Of a stretch of DNA of 64,000 bases, positions 54,201-60,260 are shown piece by piece (within the stretch, counting starts at the first letter, position 1; each line of letters begins with the position of its first letter). The notes below the pieces were generated by a model. That model was given only the letters and a program-made list of their open reading frames with translations. It did no database searches and was not told where the DNA came from. Made by a program: the position numbers and the translations under genes. Source of the stretch: Schmidtea nova (lineage: Eukaryota); the NCBI GenBank assembly GCA_044892505.1, contig CM097884.1, positions 133,796,001-133,860,000 of the forward strand, in the 5' to 3' direction.

Positions 54201-56289
54201 ACTACAATTTAATAGCGAGTATGAAGTATGTACAATAGAAAAAATGGACACACTAGGAAACCAACAAGAAAGATGCGAAACCTACTATACACCAGCAAAC
54301 GCGACATCAAAAGGAGTAGCAAGGAAACTCGAATTCAAAGAACTAAGCCAAACGAATGAACAAATGGACGCAGAAAAAACAATAACCGACCCTCAAGCAA
54401 AATGGACACCCGAAGAAGTTATCAAGGAAGTCAAAAGAAAGCAAGAGGAACGGGAACAATTAATGAGAAAACTAAAGGGACAATACGGAATAATGTTCAA
54501 CCAAAGCGAACCTATACAAACAGACGAGAATAAAGAAATTAAAGAACTAATCGGCTTAGGAATATTAACAGCAACCATACCAGTAATAATCGCGTTATCA
54601 GCTATATGGATACGCAAGATGAGCCCAAGAAAATCAACAACCCAATGGCTAAATATAGATAATACAAGCCATGGAGTAGAAATACTAGAAGAAAAAGCAC
54701 GAGAAGAACCAAATAAGAAAGAAGCGAAAAGCGGAAAACTAGGAATAAACAACAAAGACAAGGAAATAAAAGAGATTAAAGGCGAAGAGAAAAAATATGA
54801 AAGGCGAACCAGAAGCCTACCGCAGAGTTCAAAATGGTTGAGTCTAACAATAATATTGACATTAATCAATAGGGAAGAAGCAACAAACCTACAAGCAGGG
54901 ATAAAAATAGTAAATGTCCAGGAGGTCGAGAAAATATGCTGGAATAGAGAGGATGAACCAATTGGGAAAGATAACCCACTAAAATGTATAATCAGAAAAT
55001 CCGACCAGGATATAGTACGAATAGAAGGGATGGACAGAGGAATCATACATAGGATATGCATAATAGGAAAGGAAAAGAAGTCGGGGCTACCTAAGACAGT
55101 CGTATGTCAAAAATACGAAACGCCTGGACTCGAATGGTATAGAGTAAAACCAACAAAGAAAGAAATCAAAAACACCATAGATCAACCAGCAACTCAGATA
55201 AGAAACACAACGGATAAACCAGGAGAAGGAGAGAAAAGCACCAATAAAACGAGAGAAAGAATATTACCCCAACAGGAGTGCGTATGCATAGCATTAATAC
55301 TAGCAATGTCCAAACGTATCGATAAAGGAATAATAATAGAACAAATGGCCATAACAATAAGGAAAACAAGTAGCAACAAACTATGCTGGGGAACATACAA
55401 CGAACCAAGGAAGGAATACCAAGTTCAGACAAGCGACGAATCACGAACAAACAAGGAAATCGAAATACAAGAAATACAAATGAATGAAGAAGGAAGTATA
55501 TGTATCTGGGAGAGAGGAATCCAAGAGGGAATAGAGCATTGCAAGACATTCCAAAAAGGAGAGATACTGAAATTCGATGAAGAAGAATTAACAAAAACAG
55601 AAAGAACTCTGACATTAACAGGACTCGATCAGACAGTTAAAGGAATATGTTGGACAAAGCATAACCCAGAAGGGGAAGAAGACAACCTAACCCACTGTAA
55701 AGAAATAAAGAATAAAGAAAAAATCGAATTAAGGAAAATGGAAGTAAATAAGACATACGCGATATGTACCTTCACTAGAAAAGGTTCAGAAAAACCAGAA
55801 TGCGGATTATATCAGATCTCAGAGAAACTACAACAACAGATCGAACCAGGAAACGTGGAAAACCGAACAAAAGAAAATAACGTCAAACAACTACTAAATC
55901 GCCATTGGTCTACACAAGAAGTAATGAACAAAGTCAAGAATCAAGTACAGAAGGAGAAGAAGCCAGAGGCTCAAACCCAAAATGAGATAAAAGCGAATCA
56001 GAATAAAATCAAAGCAACAAACCGTGGAAAAACAGTAATAGGATTAATCAGTATAGGAATATTAATAGCATATGGGATAATGACGACAAGCATAATAAAA
56101 TATTGGAGATACAGAAAGAGAAACAAAGCGACAGCCATACAATGGCCAGATATTAAAATTATGAAGCAAAGAATAGAAATACCAGAAGAGATACAGCAAG
56201 AATTCCAAAGAAGAACGAAAGGTAAAGAATTCTGGAAACAAATAGAAGACGAAGAACGATACGAGGAAAAGACGATAATGATGGTATAG
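39274..56289 (+). CDS. gag-env-pol: Unit 2 intact Gag-Env-Pol-accessory polyprotein (5671 aa)
   Basis: Single stop-free frame of 17,016 nt containing all the modules listed for unit 1. Confidence 0.93.
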   Translation: MRKGAKSVVVKPTEKKVGSNINKKDKTSTTTKSTKKQKAGKDNPQGSKSRKIIRDKSITENDKLSIVSNSSSNKENQAEPKENQASEIESDETNNNNIEEIEHEIEQEEEIDETNNDNIEEVENEVEPEIEINASDNESIISDNEGIKETESDSSSSKTEDEHNNELETRGNESKITQDSGIEMGEPREEIKDKFSGEPFNGDASKLETFLKEFGIFVEVCKWKAETTVSRIQLYLKDSALDLYLEAKNGTNPPTSWTAIKDFFQQTFGINKVLSEAFIEFSMRKQKMNESNAVYASELKKLAKSVFKDGGPINEELMAAIFIGGLKRPDIRAQVGCQGCKTIDQALETANRFELHMIGSEGRIYLAMDTAQTEPEVNLNNHIPNSQQLNRPPPQRRNEGNKVQNFGNQNNYNPQGQTKQCKTCGKLGHWQQECYQILNCGKCGVKGHSESRCSTIICFNCGRPGHYSRNCGQKSNQRGNWQSNGNRPNYGNQANTVNRPDYGNQQNNNNNNQNKTTTKEIHLMQEVQRLTELINNTARGNPQINPQQISMMRKIESENERLNRESQARHAQEWARIQREDEQKQQERERQPLRINMLRATNQTDTREKETTLEMNSIDPNPADNKSQKEIVQKDEEVEKETEKEVETEINQEERRKIWKKGMMVIMPNDHMFRFQYNAKEKVEILFNKVNQMIPGVTKLPREAFLQIGDAPSVKLKLTDIWENVGVTETKRNVMRIKEIEPEEIPPPIRHETRIRRIFEGKMIRRRLKEIDELGKKMEKVEVIEDKSEPTPEIDKNEPEPTENIQGETNQTAHINMLRNTTREFSDEEEDSDISSLAGDILNESEDENKEREVIKTSEPTQIKVDEIQKLLDNSLEVIYNEEFMDKKQYRKFMKALLQMNYKEWLQDREVDMLNRYVGKLIEEPLLNYTISIIINTSTPRIWIKTPFTDDIYRWVEDRLGSSYKNKFIYSQNRLVKKRTHLVETGIWPGEITLLSICDEKEEENLQEVAREANACFERRIKPRLEYEKERVLRKNLNSLIEQIIPQVKKHRKELMRNEYEKLKRCIECIRDTSHTRWSQISHDKLIAKMGKTMFRQGKITDLKISVALPNEDTKEIEVVADCTIKELINVINETLVQREPEDEWEDDIIIQYNEHVLWDHDERRLYKIGIWDNHQTIHVSRMDDTPRETAKDEKRERERRKEVVRKLQQIVEIYRNWRIWPEWENVLEELNLNRRIRTPVEKQWNEKGKCWEPKEGEYEEEYKRGIEDDREPEIGRVCMVTRKATPIDLDGPETAAMWLEREKQKTEEFVEILKTNAHGKRKLIKGLADFFVVNGEDITCLRKVAKAIAEYKRVNEWCPEQLDHVIRKWRNQEFSQEIPQKVHLRIIYPNKDKEELWVGIAEKIRDIKKKLRYEPPFHLQHQGRSLDNSLEIGITPAQLDLMNTLTVEAIAGQPLKHKEENHKPHGSISTPSPMKSVLTPGTSSRRSETTPRGTRERTPPQPYDVDEILTDSDDMIEELTELTKEKDDNIFERIQELPTTIQVTNTGETEVEEEIIIEEVNDLTEDETRRANVENVQLTQEMERWLEERANEPRDVTEETGRATRFVETGTGMDKRPRGRPKTDPATVVVRNKDEKRQDQWELCLRKLNKIAEMKEKETTPICQGEEWISKTIMEILAIIDPELRKYWRITEISEKAKSLHSAIAPILPEFIKEKTKSNHLDWQGTTMLIKKLTEGAETDNKYVIAIAYTIYNLLALSRGRPKPTALERHIKNTAKIIAREIEPHVINKGGWETFIKTNQKKTQAKNMKKKFERILEELGKEQAGTGNTKPSMNLSSIIIMMLIWMISTDSATAFEVFDCDQMKLGEKYSLRGTEQCKDATPVELQKIKKEQWYHVYQEAELIKTMVNECKVQKTRFAFYCGRGHYSAIVMPGTEREPIVLQGEDCEALFKHGEVTTRDKIKIRGKPGMMMQQTYYVAGRITGGEGYCQGETYPIFGVPATNLVVMDTYIVELKSYEAFFEPTTGEMKTLSMCKIDRSMCQTGMSTLVYKPKVNECQLQLLQGAKFDEIQGKTFQEEDDDDKDRAKHLKEALENKRQLKPDHREKRIEMRATPTVLITTNQDVGMRFIKGKATLKCSTTVYETNYPGIYVSKQEVPNAKPKIDTMDIKLHLYVNNKMDFLFHRGQASLQKVYYDLINNDCILNREILKTKLAVAITNPDRAMPLLPLREGHFGRVVGEAMYVYICEKTHASLAATTQLKPGTCTNELEIDYKGKVRYVQPVTRIINPPGFEPNPFNCSNAYGPLYQKPDGRWVMFPGRSEVIAPREFELMQLSKDRQFSDVDVSNNGIYSPKDLEAARQNILFPARREALLSNIVTITGGTNYREGPNYELLLSPAHFKKATENMMKAMWGRFLIFGQMMAGILGVILIIQIVRVIITQMLACFDIYKREKKVNWKMVVGFLPFLAKTMVLHGHSKDIHRIKRLLKILAKMKGTDEEVGRKFKKIMNDEQARQQLKRERKGLWERMKGYKTQNDSSDDDDDDDDYKGGQVYKNQAPQYIEKNPADAWKCYAPPPTMYQEPLQGGKNSTMQMMPMTNVYPMIPEDYKMRRCRSVDPQGDTHTIAVMSSNTGPVLTMTIEINGREIEAMIDTGANISAIDIKWIPQEQRREIERTNVHVIACSKEVVEVAGRWWVKIRHLNTEIDTYVAVIPALSVPCIIGTDLMPALFKEIVIDLGTMRLKDRTGQICAIEAKVTSSKQMIIPARKEKICYVKIDPTIQGDMIFEPSKRFEKRKALPMARGLVNINDNGEIPINMVNFDEEDKIIYENERLGKLTPMMDIELPIEGAEKDKEPTWNIDSELLNEDQRKQLEKLLIEYKDIFAASDLDLGTCDVTLHTIPLTDETPIALRPYKLAEAQKAVAEAEVKKMLDAEVIEPSCSPWQFPVVMVKKKDGTQRFCIDYRRLNTVTKRDTYPLPDINEMLLTLQGAAYFTSLDLKSGYWQIKMKEEDKEKTAFTIGRDLYQFRKMPFGLTNAPASFQRCMNFVTHGIKQCMVYIDDLLIYSSTFKQHIHDIRDVFVRLRQWKLKLKPSKCDWAKEKVTFLGHIVSAKGKEPDPRNIDKVKECPVPKTITQIQEFLGLCGYYRKFIKDYAGIAKPIQELVKKDVSFIWGDEQQTAFETLRDKLITAPILVHPDFKKPFLLATDASGYAAGAVLGQYDDEGKERVIGYYSRTFKKHEKNYSVTEREALAIILAIKHFKYLLWGHIICITTDHQPLVWLGQHKETSSRLMRWAMQLQEYSPDIKFKSGRANANADCMSRLTFPELTDPDVQRICVLIAEDLDFSELKKDQQEDKELGQIIEFLTSRNMEVFKDNKELKEHIGKYQHRYIINKGWLLIQDGEKRLMCLPENRRKEIMIQYHDGKLGGHMSEKKTINRMRQKYYWRTMEEDIKEWIKNCLTCATRKDSGKKWKNPLQPMPIPAEPMTTIAMDVIGPLPESLNGNIYILVITDYLTKFPEAFAMQDQKAKTVAKILVEEICCRYGTPKQILTDQGTNFMSELLNEVTNYFRIAKLRTSPYHPQTNGQTERFNGTLIRMLSNYVSRHQTDWDEYIKLCLMAYRMSIHAATKLSPFQLMYGRECNMPIDLEYQPPLSQYMEDDDYVTKFKERMQEIWKTAELNIKFYQESYKDLHDQKKNVKANDLKPGDWVIIETPEIIPGTVKKLQRPGRGPYEIIYKKDNNVKVKLINRPLIRPIYVNTCRCKKVPKTITTTPENRIITRSQTARINMLRANATEDDKAEIRQKEIRNKEIILKAREIMGRWHVKDEVGISRDIRHIISRYAQGLPTEPIISELLEKIPEILLLKDVGGQPALHNAIECKNIERAKEFLKIAKETNQNLDVGNREQETPLMTAAIHQADKEMVDLLIKAHFSWTERDREDKTVLNHVIWSSHQPMLKYIIANSTWEIDELVKGDIIKEAIKIGKCNTIRKLVKWKRPEDDTWVLDINEVYSEGQNALLRYLLKFTCDQKTLLTLLDRGNINITKNEEEHQFDKEKNALFNKIRKWCAKPLDKLITYKDINNFNEKYQTIVSEYEELVKILNHPEKCKQVLEKKERESNKKLTPLFKAEAPYQARLDAIQKKAKELLPEFENSKHALEILGALVEKVHAYAKGTYNGNDITTIKKEMPVTFLLPKDGIMPIHRALRNGKDRKVMEIARVMLNCGSNMNMIDEKGDTLMVFAARAKTKTKVLEELYKAGAGLTGKTDKDNSILDVALLTHNWEMVNFIKTISNQEEIEYLTKTIKKPSLLTMMHNAELTESILTWINPNTNEPAFKINEFTEHNQNWCIRSALITYKWPEILKMFMERKDLRITTSPKEEKYTGKWKELMKTYINNWIKAKKEILEYKSTNKVIPEQVETQEFEASNLTTLAYAKLIEEINVEDDIFDEPGGDDNTDSDDGNNSENSNDHEPPDKEENERKDKKRDKEEKESEDEKQRDEDGEQGKNDQGDKNDTQRTSYKSTIKPFFKPELLLLTVILTLINPSQGMTCEERAIIQIKNAKGIERVCWSKKDKITEQNSPMDCRISKHEQEIIEINDLDLDTWYKICTVRKQKHPRSHNTIACAKYQTPKAAMTIQQSPKGDYILGKCGRTETQGTENKKPQAIDKQTTPTLRITIERPETRIATNETERVSYQMEVLCLALILIIIKRLEEGIEIETMTITEVEDTQNTNIKCWARNDEEIGVNEIRKSRKPTTNKVIKVSEIRADKMYKLCLLEKERNKKGTTKCKTFQPGEVIKFRRRTRKRNKQIKQKLNITLEIKEIEPNVKGVCWRKYEKETNERKTPQCRTSTGATTIQIKGLESKQTYEICLVKKNDQITINDLECGIYTTSSGTRTKTLTRKNKRRQRNKGKPKYTTTFKNNKQPISQEVTTKPERKTSATLTLWKIENKTLEICWIIVQKHIRRQSRECRKTNKEIKIEKLQFNSEYEVCTIEKMDTLGNQQERCETYYTPANATSKGVARKLEFKELSQTNEQMDAEKTITDPQAKWTPEEVIKEVKRKQEEREQLMRKLKGQYGIMFNQSEPIQTDENKEIKELIGLGILTATIPVIIALSAIWIRKMSPRKSTTQWLNIDNTSHGVEILEEKAREEPNKKEAKSGKLGINNKDKEIKEIKGEEKKYERRTRSLPQSSKWLSLTIILTLINREEATNLQAGIKIVNVQEVEKICWNREDEPIGKDNPLKCIIRKSDQDIVRIEGMDRGIIHRICIIGKEKKSGLPKTVVCQKYETPGLEWYRVKPTKKEIKNTIDQPATQIRNTTDKPGEGEKSTNKTRERILPQQECVCIALILAMSKRIDKGIIIEQMAITIRKTSSNKLCWGTYNEPRKEYQVQTSDESRTNKEIEIQEIQMNEEGSICIWERGIQEGIEHCKTFQKGEILKFDEEELTKTERTLTLTGLDQTVKGICWTKHNPEGEEDNLTHCKEIKNKEKIELRKMEVNKTYAICTFTRKGSEKPECGLYQISEKLQQQIEPGNVENRTKENNVKQLLNRHWSTQEVMNKVKNQVQKEKKPEAQTQNEIKANQNKIKATNRGKTVIGLISIGILIAYGIMTTSIIKYWRYRKRNKATAIQWPDIKIMKQRIEIPEEIQQEFQRRTKGKEFWKQIEDEERYEEKTIMMV
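40534..40686 (+). other. Three CCHC zinc knuckles of Gag (unit 1: 13813-13965)
   Basis: CKTCGKLGHWQQEC, CGKCGVKGHSESRC and CFNCGRPGHYSRNC. Confidence 0.95.
44773..46688 (+). other. env: Envelope-like glycoprotein, chuvirus-G-like (unit 1: 18041 to about 19956)
   Basis: Hydrophobic signal MNLSSIIIMMLIWMISTDSATA, then FDC…YSL…C, CKV…FYCGRGHYSAIV, CTNEL, GIYSPKDL…ILFPA and TM FLIFGQMMAGILGVILIIQIV. By eye this matches the chuvirus/Anakin glycoprotein pattern. Confidence 0.75.
47152..50562 (+). other. pol: Pol: aspartic protease, RT, RNase H, integrase with GPY/F-like motif
   Basis: AMIDTGA (47221), RFCIDYRRLN, MPFGLTNAPASFQR, YIDD (48436), TDASG, ADCMSR, HDGKLGGH…CLTC, MDVIG…TDQG…QTERFN and RPGRGPY. 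Gypsy order; no chromodomain seen. Confidence 0.97.
50859..52122 (+). other. Ankyrin repeats, two blocks, fused after integrase (unit 1 about 24127-25390)
   Basis: GQPALHNAI, QETPLMTAAI…EMVDLLIK, DKTVLNHVI, GIMPIHRAL…VMLNCGSNMNMIDEKGDTLMVFAA and DNSILDVAL. Confidence 0.85.
52849..56289 (+). other. Two duplicated membrane-anchored modules of Cys-containing FN3-like domains (unit 1 about 26117-29557)
   Basis: Seven CW…C…I.I..L…Y.IC…C..Y units, two signal-like segments (LLTVILTLINP, LSLTIILTLINR) and two TM segments (LIGLGILTATIPVIIALSAIWI, VIGLISIGILIAYGIMTTSII). Confidence 0.65.
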
Positions 56290-56863
56290 GGGCGGATTAT
56301 GACTGTAAATAATAGTGTAAATAACAAAGCATTACCGTAATAGTATGGGTATCGATATTATAAAAATTGTAAAAAGCTAGAAAAACAAAGTAAATGATGT
56401 ATATAATTTAGAAATGACCGAACAGGACGAAACAACTGAAATAACTATGGCTATGAGATGGAAGGCACAATGTGATTTATTAGTACGAACAGTCAACTCA
56501 TTACAGAACCAATTAGCGGAAAGACAAATGTTATTATCAGAAAGTTATAACAACTGTTTTGAACAATTACACAGAATAGAAGAACAACAAAGAGCGATAA
56601 CTGAACTCACCAGAGAAAATCAAACGATAAGCAACACCAATCAAAGACAAGCAATAGAAATAAACCATTTAACACGAGGAGAAAGAGAAGGATCCGAAGA
56701 AGGATGGATGAGTTGGGTAATAAATAGATTAAACAACGAAGCGGAACCAGATTCAACGAATGAGCCATAGATAAATAAAGCGGAAAACTGTAAATATGTA
56801 AAAATAAAAACAAGAAAAATCAAAAAATAAATGACAAGTCGAATGTATATATTATTGTAGAAA

Positions 56864-58240
56864 ATGGACAGAGAAGAACGAATAATCGAAATTTTGAGAC
56901 TAGAAAACAGAAAATGGAGCAAGAGACTCACATGCGGAAAATGTAATAATTTATTGCGAGAACCCAGACAAACGATATGTGGATGTAGAATATGTACAAA
57001 ATGTATACAAGAATTAGAGGCAACAGGAATAACAACATGTCCAGAATGTAAAGAGGGAAGAATAGTGTTGGACGAAACTAGAACGGACAAAGCAACCCAA
57101 AGAGAAATTATGAGCACCACAACGGAGTGCGTAAATACACCTTGTACATGGCAAGGACAAATAAGCAATCTAGAGAATCATATGGGAAAATGCGAGGAAA
57201 AGAGAGCCGAATGTGAGAAATGCCAACAGACAATAACTCTAAAGAAGAGAGAACAACACAAGGAAGAATGTAAAGAAGAAGAAATCGCATGCGAGTATTG
57301 TGAAACTCGAGAAACGAGGAGAAAAATCGAAGAAGAACATTTGAATATAACAGAGGAGAAAGTATGCGGACAATATGCAAGTAAATGTCCAAACGATTGT
57401 GAAATAACAGAAGAAATAAAGTTACATGAACATTGGAAAGTATGTACCGAAAGGCCAAGAGAATGCCCATATAACAAGCATGGATGCAAGGAAAAGCGGA
57501 CGCGACAAACAATGAACAAACATCTAGAAGAAGCAGCACTTACGCATGTGGAAATGACAAACGAAACGACAAGAGAAACGGAACAGACAATCCAGAAATT
57601 AGGAAAAGAAGTAGAATCACATAAGATAATGATGAGTTTACTACTAGAAACAAGAGAGCAGTTTGAACTAACTCGCGAAAGAATGGAAAAGAAAATAATA
57701 GCCATAGAAGAATTAGGAAAAGGAATGAAAATACAATATAATCAATTAATACGAGAAATTGACGAAAGAAGGGACTTACCAATCGCACCTTACCTATGGA
57801 AAGTAACAGATTTCAGAGACAAACTAGCAGAAGCCAGAAATATGACGAAAACAGCAGTAATAAGCCCACCATTTTATTTATGGAAAAACGGGGTTAAAAT
57901 AAGATTGAAAGTATACCCAAATGGAGACGGAAGAGGACAAGGAACACACGTGTCAATATTCTTCTCACTATGTAAAGGAGAATACGATGACCTAATAGAA
58001 TGGCCCTTGAAAGTAGGAGTCATTATAAGAATCAAAAGTATGGGAAAACCAGTAGAAAAATTCTTTGAAACAGACAAACATACGAGTACAAGTGAAAAAC
58101 CAACAACGGAATGCGGACTAGCAGCAGGAGAACCAATGTTTATAAGGAAGGAAAACCTATGGGAACGACTATATGCAGACACGCTATACATAGAGATGGA
58201 GAGGCATGAGAAAACGGATAAAAAAGGATGGTTGGCGTAA
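56864..58240 (+). CDS. TRAF: TRAF-family protein, unit 2 copy
   Basis: Same as 30132-31508 except V/E in NL(V/E)NH. Confidence 0.92.
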   Translation: MDREERIIEILRLENRKWSKRLTCGKCNNLLREPRQTICGCRICTKCIQELEATGITTCPECKEGRIVLDETRTDKATQREIMSTTTECVNTPCTWQGQISNLENHMGKCEEKRAECEKCQQTITLKKREQHKEECKEEEIACEYCETRETRRKIEEEHLNITEEKVCGQYASKCPNDCEITEEIKLHEHWKVCTERPRECPYNKHGCKEKRTRQTMNKHLEEAALTHVEMTNETTRETEQTIQKLGKEVESHKIMMSLLLETREQFELTRERMEKKIIAIEELGKGMKIQYNQLIREIDERRDLPIAPYLWKVTDFRDKLAEARNMTKTAVISPPFYLWKNGVKIRLKVYPNGDGRGQGTHVSIFFSLCKGEYDDLIEWPLKVGVIIRIKSMGKPVEKFFETDKHTSTSEKPTTECGLAAGEPMFIRKENLWERLYADTLYIEMERHEKTDKKGWLA

Positions 58241-60260
58241 TGAAGGAAATAACCATGTAAATAAAATGTAGAAACAATATGAAATAACAAATAATCAAAA
58301 ACAATAAAAATAAAAACTGATTAAATATTCTCTTTATCTGTAATTATAGAAATGGGAAATATAGAGGTAACCTTACAAGAAGTAACCGTACATCAAGACG
58401 AAATGATCAGAAATCACATGGAGCGGATTGGGAGATGGATTCATGCCTATTATCGAAAACAGGAGGAATTAGAAAGACAAACCGAAGCACTAAGAGAAGC
58501 CGAGAAAACGAATCAAAGAAGTCGAGAAAAAATAGAAGAAGTCTACAAACTGCTAAGACAACAAAACGAATACTACAAAGAGATGATGAAAGAGCGAAGA
58601 GAGGATAGGGATAGACAACAGATAAAAACAGACCATAAGATCCAGTCAATCACCGAACAAGCAAGATATTGGAAGAAAGAGGCAAAAGACTCTTACAAGG
58701 AAGCAAGGGAGATAATAGAACGAACAGCGTATAGCGATGATTGGAAACTATTTAAAGAGATCGATGAATTAAAAGAGGAATTAGGGCAAAAGATCAGTCA
58801 AGAAGCGTCAAATAAAGTATGGAGTAAGAAAAGACAACAATTTATCAGAGAACAAGCCAAGAAAATTAAAGAATTAACTTATCAAGTGCAAAGAATGGGA
58901 GAAGATTTGGCCAATCAAGAACAGTTAAAAGGTATGCTGACCGGAATGTGGAATCACAAGGAAGAAAACATGAAAAGAGACATAAATGGATATCAAGGAG
59001 TGATTACCCAGAAGAAAATAGAATTAAAAAGAACTAAAGAAAGACTGGAAGAAACGAGGCAGAGTTATGAAGAGAACATAACAAATTTGACAAAAGAAAA
59101 CGAAGAACTGAGAAAGAAGTTGGCAGAAAAACCAATACCAATAAAAGAAACAAGTATCACAGCAGCAGTGACCGAAATGATGGAGAAGGAAGAGAGAGAG
59201 AAAAAATTGACAGAACTGGAAAAACAAATTGAAACCCTAACAGAACAGGCGAACTATCTGGAATACTTATTAGATGAAGAGATCCAGATATCCCACACAT
59301 ACCGAGAAGAAGTAGAAATGTGGAGGAGCACGGTAATATGGATGCCACTCCCCATAAACCAAGTGGAACCTCAAGACGAAGGTTTTCACGAACCCAACGA
59401 AACCCTGGTATAAATGCGCGGAAACCAAGTGTAAATAAATTATGTAAAATAAAAAATGTCAAACTGTATTGACCAATGTATAAAAGAGATGAGAAAGCTC
59501 ACAATAGCAACCCTCCTATGGTTAACAACCATTACCCTACAGAGAGAAGATTTACAACTAACCGAAACCCAATTACGAGCTCTACCCGACAAAACCTACC
59601 AGAAAGTAGACAACCTAATCGAGGAAGTAATTAAAGAAATCAACGAATTCCGACAGAAATACCCCCACAATCAAGACCATCAAATCCAACAAATTTTCGG
59701 TAACCAACAACTGAAATTAAAAGAAACCCGAAAAATCCTGAGAGAGGGTAGAGAGCCCATAAAAAGCCTATCCCAAGCTGAAATAGAATATCAAGAAAAA
59801 TGGATCATAGCAATCATCATAATCCTATCAGTCAGCACAACTATCATCGCAATCACAATCCTACTTGCCTCATATAGAATAAAAATCCTAAAACAAAAGC
59901 AGAAAATCTACAACCAAACCTCCAGACGAGATAACCGAGCTCAAAGACGAATAAGGAGCCATCTCAACCACATTCAAACCCACTACGAGCTACAAATAAT
60001 CAACGAGAGGACCCGAACTCAACCCCAAGCGAGCCAGACGATCGAACAAATTGTATAAACATTATGATAACTTATCGAACTATTGTGACAAATCATTACA
60101 TTTTGACTATTTAGTGACAAACTTTATGATATGTATAAATTCGATCACCTTATGTGATTTTTCTTTGCATGTATAACTTTATAAAACTTTTTATGGATGA
60201 TGAATATAAGTAGTTATGTATAATTAATTGCGGGACGCAATTTTAGGGGTCCCCGGGTGA

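Noticed and set aside
12477-59462. Numerous minus-strand ORFs rich in F/L/S/I
   Set aside because: They are shadows of the A-rich plus-strand ORFs and have no recognisable domains.
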